Assembly (NCBI GenBank): GCA_964606525.1 | Contig: CAZSHH010000004.1 | Coordinates: forward strand, 1,558 to 65,557 | Origin: an uncultured Dehalococcoidales bacterium | Lineage (GTDB): Bacteria > Chloroflexota > Dehalococcoidia > Dehalococcoidales > UBA2162 | Reading direction: 5' to 3' | Length of the DNA stretch: 64,000 bases | Shown: positions 20,641-29,914 of the stretch, in pieces | How the letters are laid out: every line of letters begins with the position of its first letter | Position numbering within the stretch: position 1 is the first letter of the stretch | Notes under the pieces: generated by a model | What the model was told of the DNA's origin: nothing | Databases searched by the model: none | What the model saw: only the letters and a program-made list of their open reading frames with translations | Translations under genes and position numbers: made by a program

Positions 20641-20649
20641 ATTATAACA
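20641..20649 (-). promoter_or_regulatory. candidate extended -10 promoter element of glnA (TGTTATAAT)
   Basis: The minus strand reads TGtTATAAT about 30 nt upstream of the glnA ATG. No good -35 element. CGGAA(C/T) repeats lie just upstream. Confidence 0.45.
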
Positions 20650-20859
20650 CAATTCCGCACAACAGTGCCCTGATCACGTTCCGGTTAAGAATACTATCAT
20701 TCATCAACAGATAGTTCCGGATACTTATTGCCGGCTGCCGGAGGCATCTCAATAACGGCACAGCGGTATGCCGGGAGAAATCTGAGCAAACGCGGGGAAT
20801 GACCTGACTATACGGAGAAGAACTATAACTATATTGGGAAAACAACGGGAGGGAGTTCA

Positions 20860-21123
20860 ATGGCCGTAACGGGACTGGCAATTGAAGTAATTGCGGCACA
20901 GGAACCCGATATCTTGAACTACGCCGAGAAGCTAAGCAGTCTTGACGGAGTAAGGAATGCCGTAGTCAAGGCGATCGGGCGGGACGGTGAAATGAGCATC
21001 ATCCAAGTGGCTCTGGATGGACAAGCCCTTTCTTTGTTGCGCATCCGGGAGGTCATCGGTAAATTAGGAGGCTCAGTTCGCTTTGTCCTTCAAGTATCAG
21101 CGGCAGGCCAGAATATAGCCTGA
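20860..21123 (+). CDS. DUF211/COG1888 family small protein
   Basis: 87-aa ORF. The pattern EPDILNYAEKLSSLDGV...V..I......I.V.L.G...S...I.EVIGKLGGSV matches my recollection of the mainly archaeal DUF211 family. Strong SD GGGAGGGAG. Confidence 0.65.
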   Translation: MAVTGLAIEVIAAQEPDILNYAEKLSSLDGVRNAVVKAIGRDGEMSIIQVALDGQALSLLRIREVIGKLGGSVRFVLQVSAAGQNIA

Positions 21124-21217
21124 CAAAAAGCCCCTGACGTTTGATATCCAGGCAGCAAGCAATAAGCTTAACTAATCCTTGAGCGGGTCAAGCTATAATA
21201 CAAGCCGGGAATTTGCT

Positions 21218-21994
21218 TTATTCTCGAACCGGGATGCCCCTGGCGGCCAGATAACTTTTAATCTCCGAAATAGAATATGTACCGTAATGGAAGATACTGG
21301 CAGCCAGAACCGCATCAGCCTTGCCTTTCACTACTGCCTGATACAGATCATCCGGCGTGCCCGCCCCTCCACTGGCGACAACGGGCACAGTCACGCTGCT
21401 GGAAATAGCATCCAGCAATTCGATATCATATCCGGACCGGGTGCCGTCAGCATCGATACTGTTGACCACGATCTCACCCGTGCCCCGGTCCACAGCTTCA
21501 TGGGCCCACGCTACTGCATCTTTACCGGTTCCCCGGCCCCCGTCAGCCCCGGTATAAATGAATACTTCCCATCGTGGAGGTTGAGTACCAGGAACTCTCC
21601 GGGCATCCATCCCTAACACGATGCACTGGCTGCCAAAATGATGGGCGCCTTCTGTAATAATTGCCGGGTTGATGACTGCGGCTGTATTGACCGATACTTT
21701 ATCAGCCCCGGCTTCCAGCATCCGGTGCATATCCTGGATGTTTCTTAAACCACCGCCAACCGTCAGCGGAATGAATAACTCCCTGGCCGTCCTTTCCACT
21801 ACCTCAACCATGATCGGCCGGTCATCGCTGGAAGCCGTGATATCATAAAAGACCAGTTCGTCGGCACCTTCCCCAAAGTAGCGGGAGGCTAACTCAACGG
21901 GGTCGCCGGCATCAAGGTGATCACGGAATTTAACCCCTTTCACGACCCGGCCTCCTTTTATATCGAGACAGGGGATGATTCGTTTGGTCAGCAT
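21218..21994 (-). CDS. hisF: imidazole glycerol phosphate synthase cyclase subunit HisF (copy adjacent to hisH)
   Basis: [21 protein letters not shown]..., full-length HisF. ATG at 21994. The ORF track uses a GTG at 22009 that overlaps the hisH stop, so the start is uncertain by 15 nt. Confidence 0.9.
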   Translation of the reverse strand: MLTKRIIPCLDIKGGRVVKGVKFRDHLDAGDPVELASRYFGEGADELVFYDITASSDDRPIMVEVVERTARELFIPLTVGGGLRNIQDMHRMLEAGADKVSVNTAAVINPAIITEGAHHFGSQCIVLGMDARRVPGTQPPRWEVFIYTGADGGRGTGKDAVAWAHEAVDRGTGEIVVNSIDADGTRSGYDIELLDAISSSVTVPVVASGGAGTPDDLYQAVVKGKADAVLAASIFHYGTYSISEIKSYLAARGIPVRE

Positions 21995-22001
21995 AAAGCC
22001 C

Positions 22002-22643
22002 TCAACCACCCAAGGCCATTTTTAGAAAGTTCCGGTAAAGCTTCAAACCCGGTTCGCCGCTTTTCTCCGGATGAAATTGGGTGGCTACCAGGTTTCCCAT
22101 GGCGATCGCTGCGCAGATATTGACCCCGTATTCCGTCTCTCCCAGGATTACCGACCGGTCGTCCGGCACGGCATGGTAGCTGTGCACAAAATAAAAGTTC
22201 GTCCCGTCAGCGATGTCTTCGAATACCGGGTGCCTCACGGTCAACTGTAGTTGGTTCCAGCCCATGTGAGGTGATTTCAGCCCGGCCGGCAGCCGCTTTA
22301 CCCTGCCTGGTACAATACCCAGGCAATCATGCCAACCCCCTTCTTCCGTACTGGAAAAAAGTACCTGGAGCCCCAGGCAAACACCTAAGAAAGGCCGGTC
22401 ATCGGCAATATACCGGTAAATCGGTTCGATCAGTCCTGATTTCCGCAGGTTTTCCATCGCCGGGGCGGCAGCCCCAACCCCGGGCAGGATTACTGCCTGG
22501 GCTTCTTTAATATCACTTCCCGAAGCCGTGAGTTTCGGCTTATAACCCAGTTTCATGACCGCGTTGGCGACACTGCGCAAGTTCCCGGCACCATAATCGA
22601 TGATCAAAACCTCTGGTTTTTTGTGCTTCAAGCCAGGACTCAT
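22002..22643 (-). CDS. hisH: imidazole glycerol phosphate synthase glutamine amidotransferase subunit HisH
   Basis: [14 protein letters not shown], catalytic GVCLGLQ and the C-terminal HPEKS motif. ATG at 22643 is preceded by AAGGA. Confidence 0.9.
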   Translation of the reverse strand: MSPGLKHKKPEVLIIDYGAGNLRSVANAVMKLGYKPKLTASGSDIKEAQAVILPGVGAAAPAMENLRKSGLIEPIYRYIADDRPFLGVCLGLQVLFSSTEEGGWHDCLGIVPGRVKRLPAGLKSPHMGWNQLQLTVRHPVFEDIADGTNFYFVHSYHAVPDDRSVILGETEYGVNICAAIAMGNLVATQFHPEKSGEPGLKLYRNFLKMALGG

Positions 22644-22735
22644 GTATTCCTTATATCCTTTGCTAAGCTGCAATAAACGGTAAACTATTACCGCTTAACC
22701 TATTTTCTCATCTGCAACACACGGCGTCAATAACA

Positions 22736-22774
22736 ACAGGGGACATGCTCGATTTCATAAAACCTGTCCCCTGT
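22736..22774 (-). terminator. hairpin downstream of the second hisF (candidate terminator)
   Basis: ACAGGGGACA, 19 nt, TGTCCCCTGT. On the minus strand it is followed by TGTTATT, a weak U-tract. Confidence 0.45.
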
Positions 22775-22813
22775 TAATACTGCCAGGTCTGCAAGTGTTC
22801 CGTAAAAGTGCTG

Positions 22814-23584
22814 TTACATATGTACCGGGATGCCTCTTTCCTTGAGATAATTTTTCGCCTGCATAATCGAGATTTCTTTAAAATGGAAGATGGAAGCAGC
22901 CAGCACCGCCGAGGCTTTGCCTTCGCTTACCGCCTGGTATAAATGCTCCAGTTTACCAGCGCCGCCGGAAGCGGTTACCGGAATACCAACGGCTTCCGCT
23001 ACCGCACGGGTCATCTCGATATCGTATCCTTCCTTAGTACCATCGGCATCCTTACTGGTCAACAATATCTCTCCGGCGCCAAGCTGTTCTACTTTCCTGG
23101 CCCAGGCCACCAGCTCAAGCCCGGTCGCTTCGCTACCACTTTTTACGACCACTTCCAGCCGTGGTACTTTCCCACCCCGGGGATTTTTCCGGGCATCGAT
23201 CGCCACCACTAAGTGCTGTTTGCCAAATTGTCGGGCAGCTTGTTTAATAAGGTCGGGAGATTTTACTGCCGCTGTATTGATGGAGACTTTATTCACCCCA
23301 AGATCAAAAAGGGTTTTCATGTCTTCCAGGTTGCCGATACCCCCGCCTACGGCGAAAGGTATGGTAACCACATCACACACCCGTTTTACCCACTCCAGCA
23401 TGGTCTTGCGGGCTTCGACCGTAGCAAAAATATCGAGGAAAACGAGTTCATCGGCCCCTTCCTTACTATATGCCATTGCCGCTTCCACCGGATCCCGGGC
23501 ATCTCTTAATCCTTCGAACTTGACACCTTTGACCACCCGGCCGTTCCTGATATCAAGGCAGGGAATTATCCTAATTTCCTTCAC
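22814..23584 (-). CDS. second HisF-type (beta/alpha)8 cyclase paralogue
   Basis: 256-aa [47 protein letters not shown] and ASGGAG are canonical HisF motifs. Its start overlaps the nrpR-like gene by 14 nt. Confidence 0.85.
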   Translation of the reverse strand: MKEIRIIPCLDIRNGRVVKGVKFEGLRDARDPVEAAMAYSKEGADELVFLDIFATVEARKTMLEWVKRVCDVVTIPFAVGGGIGNLEDMKTLFDLGVNKVSINTAAVKSPDLIKQAARQFGKQHLVVAIDARKNPRGGKVPRLEVVVKSGSEATGLELVAWARKVEQLGAGEILLTSKDADGTKEGYDIEMTRAVAEAVGIPVTASGGAGKLEHLYQAVSEGKASAVLAASIFHFKEISIMQAKNYLKERGIPVHM

Positions 23585-24581
23585 GAAGCAGCTCCAAAAA
23601 ATTAGTCAAGCCGTGGTAATCGAACACGGTTGACATACTGTGGTTCTCCACTGCGATCCCGGCTTCCTGCGCTGCAGTGACCGGATTAAGGCCGCCGGTC
23701 AGGATCAAGCCGACCTTGTTCGGTTGAACCGCTACCTCACAGACCGGTTCACTAGGAGCACCTTTAACCAGCACCCCATCGATACCGGAAGCGTTTAATC
23801 CGCTCAGGACTTCCTCTACCACGGGGACACACATCGCAGGTATTTCCCGGAAATTTGCCAGGATCTCGCCGTTCCCGGAAGAAAGAACCTCATTGACCGA
23901 AGTCATGCGGGCTTTGATAAATATTTCTGTCGGATCCAGTGAGCAGCCGTCATAATTAATGATTTCGGTAAAGCGGGTCGGCCGGCCGTCGTTGAACTGT
24001 AAAATACCGCTGAACCGGGAATCCATGGGCACTCCCGCCTTCAGTAAAGTACCATTTATCACAATACTGCATACGGTACCGAAGCCGATCTGATCATCCG
24101 GGACTAGCAGGTCGCCGATGCGTTGTCCCGCCTGGGCAACCGCTACCAACTGGCTGGCACAATAGTTTTTCTCAAAAGCCGGCCTCATCAGCCGTATTGC
24201 CTGAGGGAAATCCGTTTTGTTGAAAAAGGATACGTTCAGCGGCACATTACCATTACATCTCTTGTGATCGAAGGTCGTGCGGAAAGCCAGGAGTTCGATC
24301 TTGGTAATCGCAAAACCGACCTTATCTTTGACTAAGGCGCTTTTTATCTCTGCCTGCCCTTTTTCGGTAATAACCCGGCCGTCCTGGTTGCCTTTTAAAG
24401 CGGTCAAACCTCGCTCATCCATGATTTTTAAATGATATCTGACCGCTCTCTCACTTAAAACCACGCCGTGGTCCTTAAGCTGATGGGCAATCAACCTGCC
24501 CCCCATTGGTTGCTGGCTGGTCTGGAGCACTCTTAATATGGAGAGTATTTTTCTATCGACATCCCGCCGTTCGAAAGTCAT
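23571..24581 (-). CDS. nrpR: NrpR-type nitrogen repressor homologue (wHTH plus DUF128 domain)
   Basis: 336-aa ORF. The N-terminal segment ...GGRLIAHQLKDHGVVLSERAVRYHLKIMDERGLT...GRVITEKG closely follows the methanogen NrpR N-terminus as I remember it. The remainder has the length of one DUF128 module. Confidence 0.72.
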   Translation of the reverse strand: MTFERRDVDRKILSILRVLQTSQQPMGGRLIAHQLKDHGVVLSERAVRYHLKIMDERGLTALKGNQDGRVITEKGQAEIKSALVKDKVGFAITKIELLAFRTTFDHKRCNGNVPLNVSFFNKTDFPQAIRLMRPAFEKNYCASQLVAVAQAGQRIGDLLVPDDQIGFGTVCSIVINGTLLKAGVPMDSRFSGILQFNDGRPTRFTEIINYDGCSLDPTEIFIKARMTSVNEVLSSGNGEILANFREIPAMCVPVVEEVLSGLNASGIDGVLVKGAPSEPVCEVAVQPNKVGLILTGGLNPVTAAQEAGIAVENHSMSTVFDYHGLTNFLELLREGN

Positions 24582-24690
24582 CTTGTTACTCTGAAATGAT
24601 TAGTTTTCGGTTGCCTTGCTTACATTACACGAGGGTAAAACAGTTGTCAAATGATACTTTTTACACTCATCAGAGTACCGCAGTTCGCGG

Positions 24691-25611
24691 TTGTATGTTA
24701 CAATTGAATTTGTGAGATTAGGTGCTTTCGAATTAGATGAACCGCTACCTCAGCTTCATCAACCACACGTTTTGGCGATGCTGGATCCCTGGATTGATGT
24801 GGGTGGTGTCGGGACTCTAACCTTGAACTGGTTGGAGGACCATTTCCAGGCTGCAGACCTTGGCCGAATCGCCCGTCCCGGTCATTTTTTCGACTTCACA
24901 CGGTACCGGCCAAATGTTTATTACGATGAAGAAGGGCGGAAGCAGGTGTCAGTGCCCAACACCTACATGACCTATGGGCAGGGTACCAACGGCCATGATT
25001 TCATATTTCTACACCTGCTGGAACCGCACAACGACAGCGACCGCTATATCGAATCAGTGATACGTATGTTAACCAAATTCAATGTAAAAAGATACTGCCT
25101 GATAGGCAGCATGTATGACTATGTCCCGCATACAATGGCGTTACAGGTCTCCGGTGGTGCCAGCGGACAGGCTGCCGCAGGGGAACTTGAAATATATGGG
25201 ATCGAAGCCAGCCATTACCAGGGGCCGACTACGATTACGACTTTGATCACACAACAAGCCCCAGCCCTCGGTATCGAAACAATGAGTTTGATCGTCCACT
25301 TGCCGCAGTATACCCAGCTGGAAGAGGATTATTCCGGAGCCGCCCGGTTGATGGACATATTATCTACTATCTACGGGATCCCGGTAGACAGCAATTATTA
25401 CGAAAAAGCGCAGCATCAGGCGGAAGAGGTTAACCAGGTACTCGATAAAAATCCGCAACTAAAAGCCCTGGTAAGCGAACTTGAAGCGCAATACCGGAAA
25501 AATCCGCTGCCCAACTCTCAAAACCAGCAGCCTCCATTATCTCCGGAGATCGAAAGTTTTCTCTCCGACATGGAAAAGCGTTTCCGTGAAGGTCCGCAGC
25601 AGGGCAAATAA
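24691..25611 (+). CDS. PAC2 (proteasome assembly chaperone 2-like) family protein
   Basis: 306-aa ORF with a TTG start (alternative in-frame GTG at 24712). The N-terminal region (PHVLAMLDPWIDVGGVG) and acidic/coiled C-terminus resemble bacterial and archaeal PAC2 proteins. Assignment from memory. Confidence 0.6.
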   Translation: MYVTIEFVRLGAFELDEPLPQLHQPHVLAMLDPWIDVGGVGTLTLNWLEDHFQAADLGRIARPGHFFDFTRYRPNVYYDEEGRKQVSVPNTYMTYGQGTNGHDFIFLHLLEPHNDSDRYIESVIRMLTKFNVKRYCLIGSMYDYVPHTMALQVSGGASGQAAAGELEIYGIEASHYQGPTTITTLITQQAPALGIETMSLIVHLPQYTQLEEDYSGAARLMDILSTIYGIPVDSNYYEKAQHQAEEVNQVLDKNPQLKALVSELEAQYRKNPLPNSQNQQPPLSPEIESFLSDMEKRFREGPQQGK

Positions 25612-25636
25612 TTCGCGCTGTTTTTTATGGTCGTAC

Positions 25637-27046
25637 TTATCTGCGGTATACTGTTTTCCCAGCCATCCTTGACCGGTTCAAGCGCTTGCTTAAGTGCAAG
25701 CCTTCCAAGATAAACTCGATGGCGGCAGCTACCGACTCCAGGTTCTCGGAATTTTCGATCGATTTTACCGCCTCGGCCAGGCCGGGGATATCTTTTAAGC
25801 CCTTGATGTAGGATCTGGCGCCCATGGTTTCAGAGACCTCTACGGTAAATCCAGAACTAAAACGGGCGACGATCTCTTCCAGTCTGGATACCTGATAATG
25901 GCGGTTGAACACGAGCAGTACTGCTTTACGGGTAAGGTCATCCAGTATCTTTTCTTCCCTGGTATCTTCAAAGCTCTCTAACTCGATCTTACCGGTGGTA
26001 GAAGCTATCAGGAAGGGGAGATCAGTGATCCGGGGCACAGCGGTCTTCTCGCCGAGAGAGACCGCCCGTCGAATGGCATTGGCGATGGCGGTCTCATAAT
26101 TAGCAATCGATACCCGGACACTGACACCGGAACGCTGATTAATGTCCGAACTCCGTCGACCCAGGTGGGTGATTTCGGCGATTATTTCTTTCATATATCC
26201 CGGTACAAAAACCTGAAAGTCATCGCCGTGGAACCGCCGCCGTTCCTGGTCCATGATGGTAATCTCATCATTGATGGTCATCGGATAATGCGTTCTGATC
26301 TGGGCACCATACCGGTCTTTAAGGGGTGTGATGATACGGCCGCGGCTGGTATAGTCTTCCGGATTCGCGCTGGCTACCAGCAGGACATCGAGTGGTAAAC
26401 GAAGGCGGTATCCCCTGATTTGGATGTCGCTTTCTTCCATAAGGTTGAAAAGGCCTACCTGCAGCCTTTCCGCCAGGTCAGGCAATTCATTGATACAGAA
26501 AATGCCCCGGTTGGTGCGCGGTATCAGGCCGTAGTGTATCGTTAATTCATCCGACAGGTATCTACCTTCAGCGACTTTTATAGGATCGACATCCCCGATC
26601 AAGTCGGCGATCGTTATATCAGGCGTCGCCAGTTTTTCGCCGTAACGGTTCGCTCGCGGCAACCATGCTATTTCCGTAGCATCACCTTCAGCAGCTACCC
26701 GGTCACGGCAGGACCGGCAGATCGGAGACATTGGATTATCATTAACCTCACAGCCCTGAATTACCGGGACCTCATCATCCAGCAGGTTGATCAATAAACG
26801 CATAATACGTGATTTAGCCTGGCCGCGTTCACCAAGAAAGATGATATCCTGGCCTGAAATCACCGCATTTTTTACCTGGGGAATGACGGTGTCACTGTAA
26901 CCTATTATTCCCGGGAAAATCTCAATCTTATCCCGAATCATGCGGATGAGGTTGCGCCTGAGTTCTTCGCGAACGGATACCGGCTGATATCCGGAAGCTT
27001 TCAAATCACCTATTGTTTTCGCCTTCGTGTTCGGTCCCTTTGTCAT
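25637..27046 (-). CDS. AAA+ ATPase, Mg-chelatase ChlI / sigma-54-interaction-domain-like
   Basis: 469-aa ORF. Walker A-like GERGQAKS, Walker B FCINELPD, and a Cys cluster C..N....PIC.SC. Confidence 0.75.
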   Translation of the reverse strand: MTKGPNTKAKTIGDLKASGYQPVSVREELRRNLIRMIRDKIEIFPGIIGYSDTVIPQVKNAVISGQDIIFLGERGQAKSRIMRLLINLLDDEVPVIQGCEVNDNPMSPICRSCRDRVAAEGDATEIAWLPRANRYGEKLATPDITIADLIGDVDPIKVAEGRYLSDELTIHYGLIPRTNRGIFCINELPDLAERLQVGLFNLMEESDIQIRGYRLRLPLDVLLVASANPEDYTSRGRIITPLKDRYGAQIRTHYPMTINDEITIMDQERRRFHGDDFQVFVPGYMKEIIAEITHLGRRSSDINQRSGVSVRVSIANYETAIANAIRRAVSLGEKTAVPRITDLPFLIASTTGKIELESFEDTREEKILDDLTRKAVLLVFNRHYQVSRLEEIVARFSSGFTVEVSETMGARSYIKGLKDIPGLAEAVKSIENSENLESVAAAIEFILEGLHLSKRLNRSRMAGKTVYRR

Positions 27047-27220
27047 TGTTTTCCCTCACTGTACCAATTATGCCAATAGTACCTATCTTAGCTATCACCC
27101 GATTTGACGCGTATGCTATAGGATGATTCTAACACACGTTTTGAACTACCAACAAAATCAACAATGTAACCGGCTGGGTGACTATTTGACTTTTTACACT
27201 TTACCGTGTAAGCTAGGCTC

Positions 27221-27457
27221 GTGACCAGGCAAAAGAGAACTAAAACTAATTGGGACGAAAGAAGCATTAAAGCCTTACGGCACCATCTGGGTTTTACCCA
27301 GGTGGAATTGGCGGCTAAATTAGGGACCCGGCAGCAGACCATCAGTGAATGGGAAAAAGGTGTCTATCAACCGCGGGGAGCATCAGCAACTTTGCTCTCA
27401 ATCGTCGCTGATAGTGCCGGTTTCCACTGGGATTCTGAATATGATGTAGATAAGTAA
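27221..27457 (+). CDS. XRE-family helix-turn-helix protein
   Basis: 78-aa ORF with a GTG start. LGFTQVELAAKLGTRQQTISEWEKG is a classic HTH_3 motif. Confidence 0.75.
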   Translation: MTRQKRTKTNWDERSIKALRHHLGFTQVELAAKLGTRQQTISEWEKGVYQPRGASATLLSIVADSAGFHWDSEYDVDK

Positions 27458-27463
27458 AAAACA

Positions 27464-27499
27464 AAAATAAGATGGGAAACATCCCATCTTATTTTATTG
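27464..27499 (+). terminator. intrinsic terminator after the XRE gene
   Basis: AAAATAAGATGGGA-aaca-TCCCATCTTATTTT followed by ATTGTTT. Confidence 0.8.
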
Positions 27500-27539
27500 T
27501 TTATAATACACGTTAACAGGTAAGGGGAGAGAAAATTCA

Positions 27540-28856
27540 TTGCCGGGCTATGTTAGTGAAAAAATATTAATTGAGTTCTGGCGTCGGCAGGTATGGGGAG
27601 AACGGTTGCTAACCACCGAAAATGGGACTCCGGTAACGGTAGTTTACCCGGGGCGGCTCAATGATGGCAGGGGAGGAGATTATTGTGATGTGGTATTAAC
27701 CCTGGGAGACTGTAAGGTCACGGGTAACATCGAACTTCACACCATAACCAGTGACTGGCAAAACCACGGCCATCACCTGGATACACACTATAATGACGTA
27801 GTACTCCATGTCGTCTATCACAATAACCGGCATGCCTTTACGGTCAGGCAAGATGGCACCTCCATACCCGTTCTTTCGTTAGAAAAGGCCGGCATACCCG
27901 CCACATCCCGTTTGAAAAAAACCTCCAGCCGACTCCGGCCGTGTCAGACGGCTGGTTTTCCCCAAAAGAAGAAATACCTGATCGGTGTCCTCGAGGCTGC
28001 CGGTGACCGCAGGTTTTTCATGAAATCCGAACAGTTTACGATTCAGCTTGCCCAGATAGACGCGGGACAGGTCTTGTTCCAGGGCATAATGGAGGGGTTA
28101 GGCTATGCCAAGAACCAAACGGTATTCCGGGAACTATCAAAAAGGCTTACCCTGGCTGCTCTGCAATCGGAAGCAAAAAGTGCCATCACCGATATCGCCT
28201 ATTTCGTCATGATATTCAATCGGCTGCTAGCGGCGGCCGGTATCCCGCCAAACCAACCAGGATCGATACCGGGCGAAGCAAATCCGGTTACAGCACCGGT
28301 ACCATTGAGGCCAGATTTTTGGCAGCGATTCCGCATCAGGCCTAATAATGCACCGGTGGTCCGGCTGGCCGCTATGGCCTGTTTGTTGGTCAGGTACCGG
28401 GGCTCCAGTTTGCTGGGGGGGCTGATCAATGTCATCAAAGAATTGCCGGAAGATGAAAAATCCCCCATGCTGGAAAACGCAGTTGTCATCTCCAGGGAGT
28501 ATTATTCAAGCCTGGCAGCTTCCTCTCTGCCCGGCTGTCTCACGCCATTGGGCAGCAGCCGGGCAGGAGAGATTACCGTTAACATCATCTTGCCCTTCGC
28601 TCATGCCTACGGGCAAACACAAAACGATCTTGACCTGAGCAGGAAAGCCGCCGCTCTATACCATCGGCAAGATAAAACAGCGGGCAACAACCTGGAACGT
28701 CATATGATAGCACAACTGGGATTATCATCCGGAATTATCCACAACGCCCGCCTTCAGCAAGGACTTTTACACATTTTTCGGCAGTATTGTACCCAGGGGA
28801 GGTGCCGTAACTGTGATTTAAGCCAATTTAAGGTCGGGGAGCACATCCAGGTTTAG
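27540..28856 (+). CDS. DUF2851 family protein
   Basis: 438-aa ORF with a TTG start after GGGGAGAG. The N-terminal pattern (W..Q.......L.T..G..V.V..PG..N...G.D...A......GNIE.H...SDW..HGHH.D..Y..V.LHVV) matches my recollection of DUF2851. Confidence 0.65.
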   Translation: MPGYVSEKILIEFWRRQVWGERLLTTENGTPVTVVYPGRLNDGRGGDYCDVVLTLGDCKVTGNIELHTITSDWQNHGHHLDTHYNDVVLHVVYHNNRHAFTVRQDGTSIPVLSLEKAGIPATSRLKKTSSRLRPCQTAGFPQKKKYLIGVLEAAGDRRFFMKSEQFTIQLAQIDAGQVLFQGIMEGLGYAKNQTVFRELSKRLTLAALQSEAKSAITDIAYFVMIFNRLLAAAGIPPNQPGSIPGEANPVTAPVPLRPDFWQRFRIRPNNAPVVRLAAMACLLVRYRGSSLLGGLINVIKELPEDEKSPMLENAVVISREYYSSLAASSLPGCLTPLGSSRAGEITVNIILPFAHAYGQTQNDLDLSRKAAALYHRQDKTAGNNLERHMIAQLGLSSGIIHNARLQQGLLHIFRQYCTQGRCRNCDLSQFKVGEHIQV

Positions 28857-29807
28857 GTTATCTATACTGGATCTGGGAAGGCGGAAATTGGCAGCGGCGG
28901 CAATCATCGCCGCATTATCGGTACAGAACAGGGGAGGAGGGATCAATACCGGTACCGGGCTGGCTTCTCTCATCCGTTTCCGCAAACGCGAATTAGAGGC
29001 CACGCCCCCCGCTAACAAGACCTGTTTGACACGGTACTGCCGTGCCGCTTCGGCCGTCTTGTTCACTAAAACATCAACCACTGCTTCCTGGAAACTGGCG
29101 GCCGCATTAGCCTTATTCTCAATTTCTCCCGCCTTTACCATGCGCATCAAAGCAGTTTTTATGCCGCTGAAACTGAAGTCGTCAGTACCTTTCAGCCAGG
29201 CATGGGGGAGGGAAATCGACGGTATTCCCTCACGGGCTGCCCGGTCGATCGCCGGGCCTCCCGGGTAACCGAGGCCGAGGACACGGGCAGCTTTATCAAA
29301 AGCCTCGCCGGCAGCATCGTCGCGGGTCCGTCCCAATAAAGTATACCGGCCGTGTCCTTCCATAAGTACAATATCACTGTGTCCCCCGGAAACGATAAGG
29401 CAAATGAGGGGGAAAAGCGGCGGTGTCCCGTCATTGGTATTGGACAGCCAGTTGGCATAAATATGCCCCTCGAGATGATTGACCGGTATCAGTGGCAAAC
29501 CACGGGCGAACGAAATCGACTTGGCTACGCTGACACCGACCAGTAATGAGCCAGCCAGCCCGGGGCCATTCGTTACCGCGACGGCATCGATATCATGCCA
29601 GGTTACTGCGGCTTCGTTCATCGCTTTTTGCAGCAGCGGCAGGATGGCCAATATATGCTGCCGGGAGGCGACTTCAGGAACGACTCCACCATACCGGGCA
29701 TGGATTTCGACCTGAGAAGCGATCAGGTTCGATTCTATCTTCAAGCCTTCGACGACGACAGCCACCGCTGTTTCGTCACAGGAAGTCTCGATGCCAAGTA
29801 TCCTCAT
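28818..29807 (-). CDS. tsaD: tRNA N6-adenosine threonylcarbamoyltransferase TsaD
   Basis: [18 protein letters not shown]..., with HLEGH and GGVASN motifs. ATG at 29807. The 3' end overlaps the convergent DUF2851 gene by 39 nt. Confidence 0.92.
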   Translation of the reverse strand: MRILGIETSCDETAVAVVVEGLKIESNLIASQVEIHARYGGVVPEVASRQHILAILPLLQKAMNEAAVTWHDIDAVAVTNGPGLAGSLLVGVSVAKSISFARGLPLIPVNHLEGHIYANWLSNTNDGTPPLFPLICLIVSGGHSDIVLMEGHGRYTLLGRTRDDAAGEAFDKAARVLGLGYPGGPAIDRAAREGIPSISLPHAWLKGTDDFSFSGIKTALMRMVKAGEIENKANAAASFQEAVVDVLVNKTAEAARQYRVKQVLLAGGVASNSRLRKRMREASPVPVLIPPPLFCTDNAAMIAAAANFRLPRSSIDNLNLDVLPDLKLA

Positions 29808-29914
29808 AGGTCGATTATAACACAGGTATTTGTTCATTATGCCGCTGGCATACCTTACCCATGTTATGGTTTAATAACTTAATCCTGACATATATAGAAA
29901 AGAGAGTACCAGAT

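Noticed and set aside
20639-20859. Archaeal NrpR operator GGAA-N6-TTCC upstream of glnA (also looked upstream of nrpR at 24582-24690 and hisH at 22644-22735)
   Set aside because: No occurrence of the inverted repeat was found by eye in any of these regions. Only direct CGGAA(C/T) repeats are present.
22890-23633. 247-aa + strand ORF, with other long antisense ORFs such as 12420-13130, 13599-14078, 47733-48476, 60174-60974 and 61392-62102
   Set aside because: Each lies entirely antisense to a gene with unambiguous homology (hisF2, clpC, EF-G2, AprA-like). Their translations are Ser/Arg/Pro/Gly-biased low-complexity sequence, typical of shadow ORFs.
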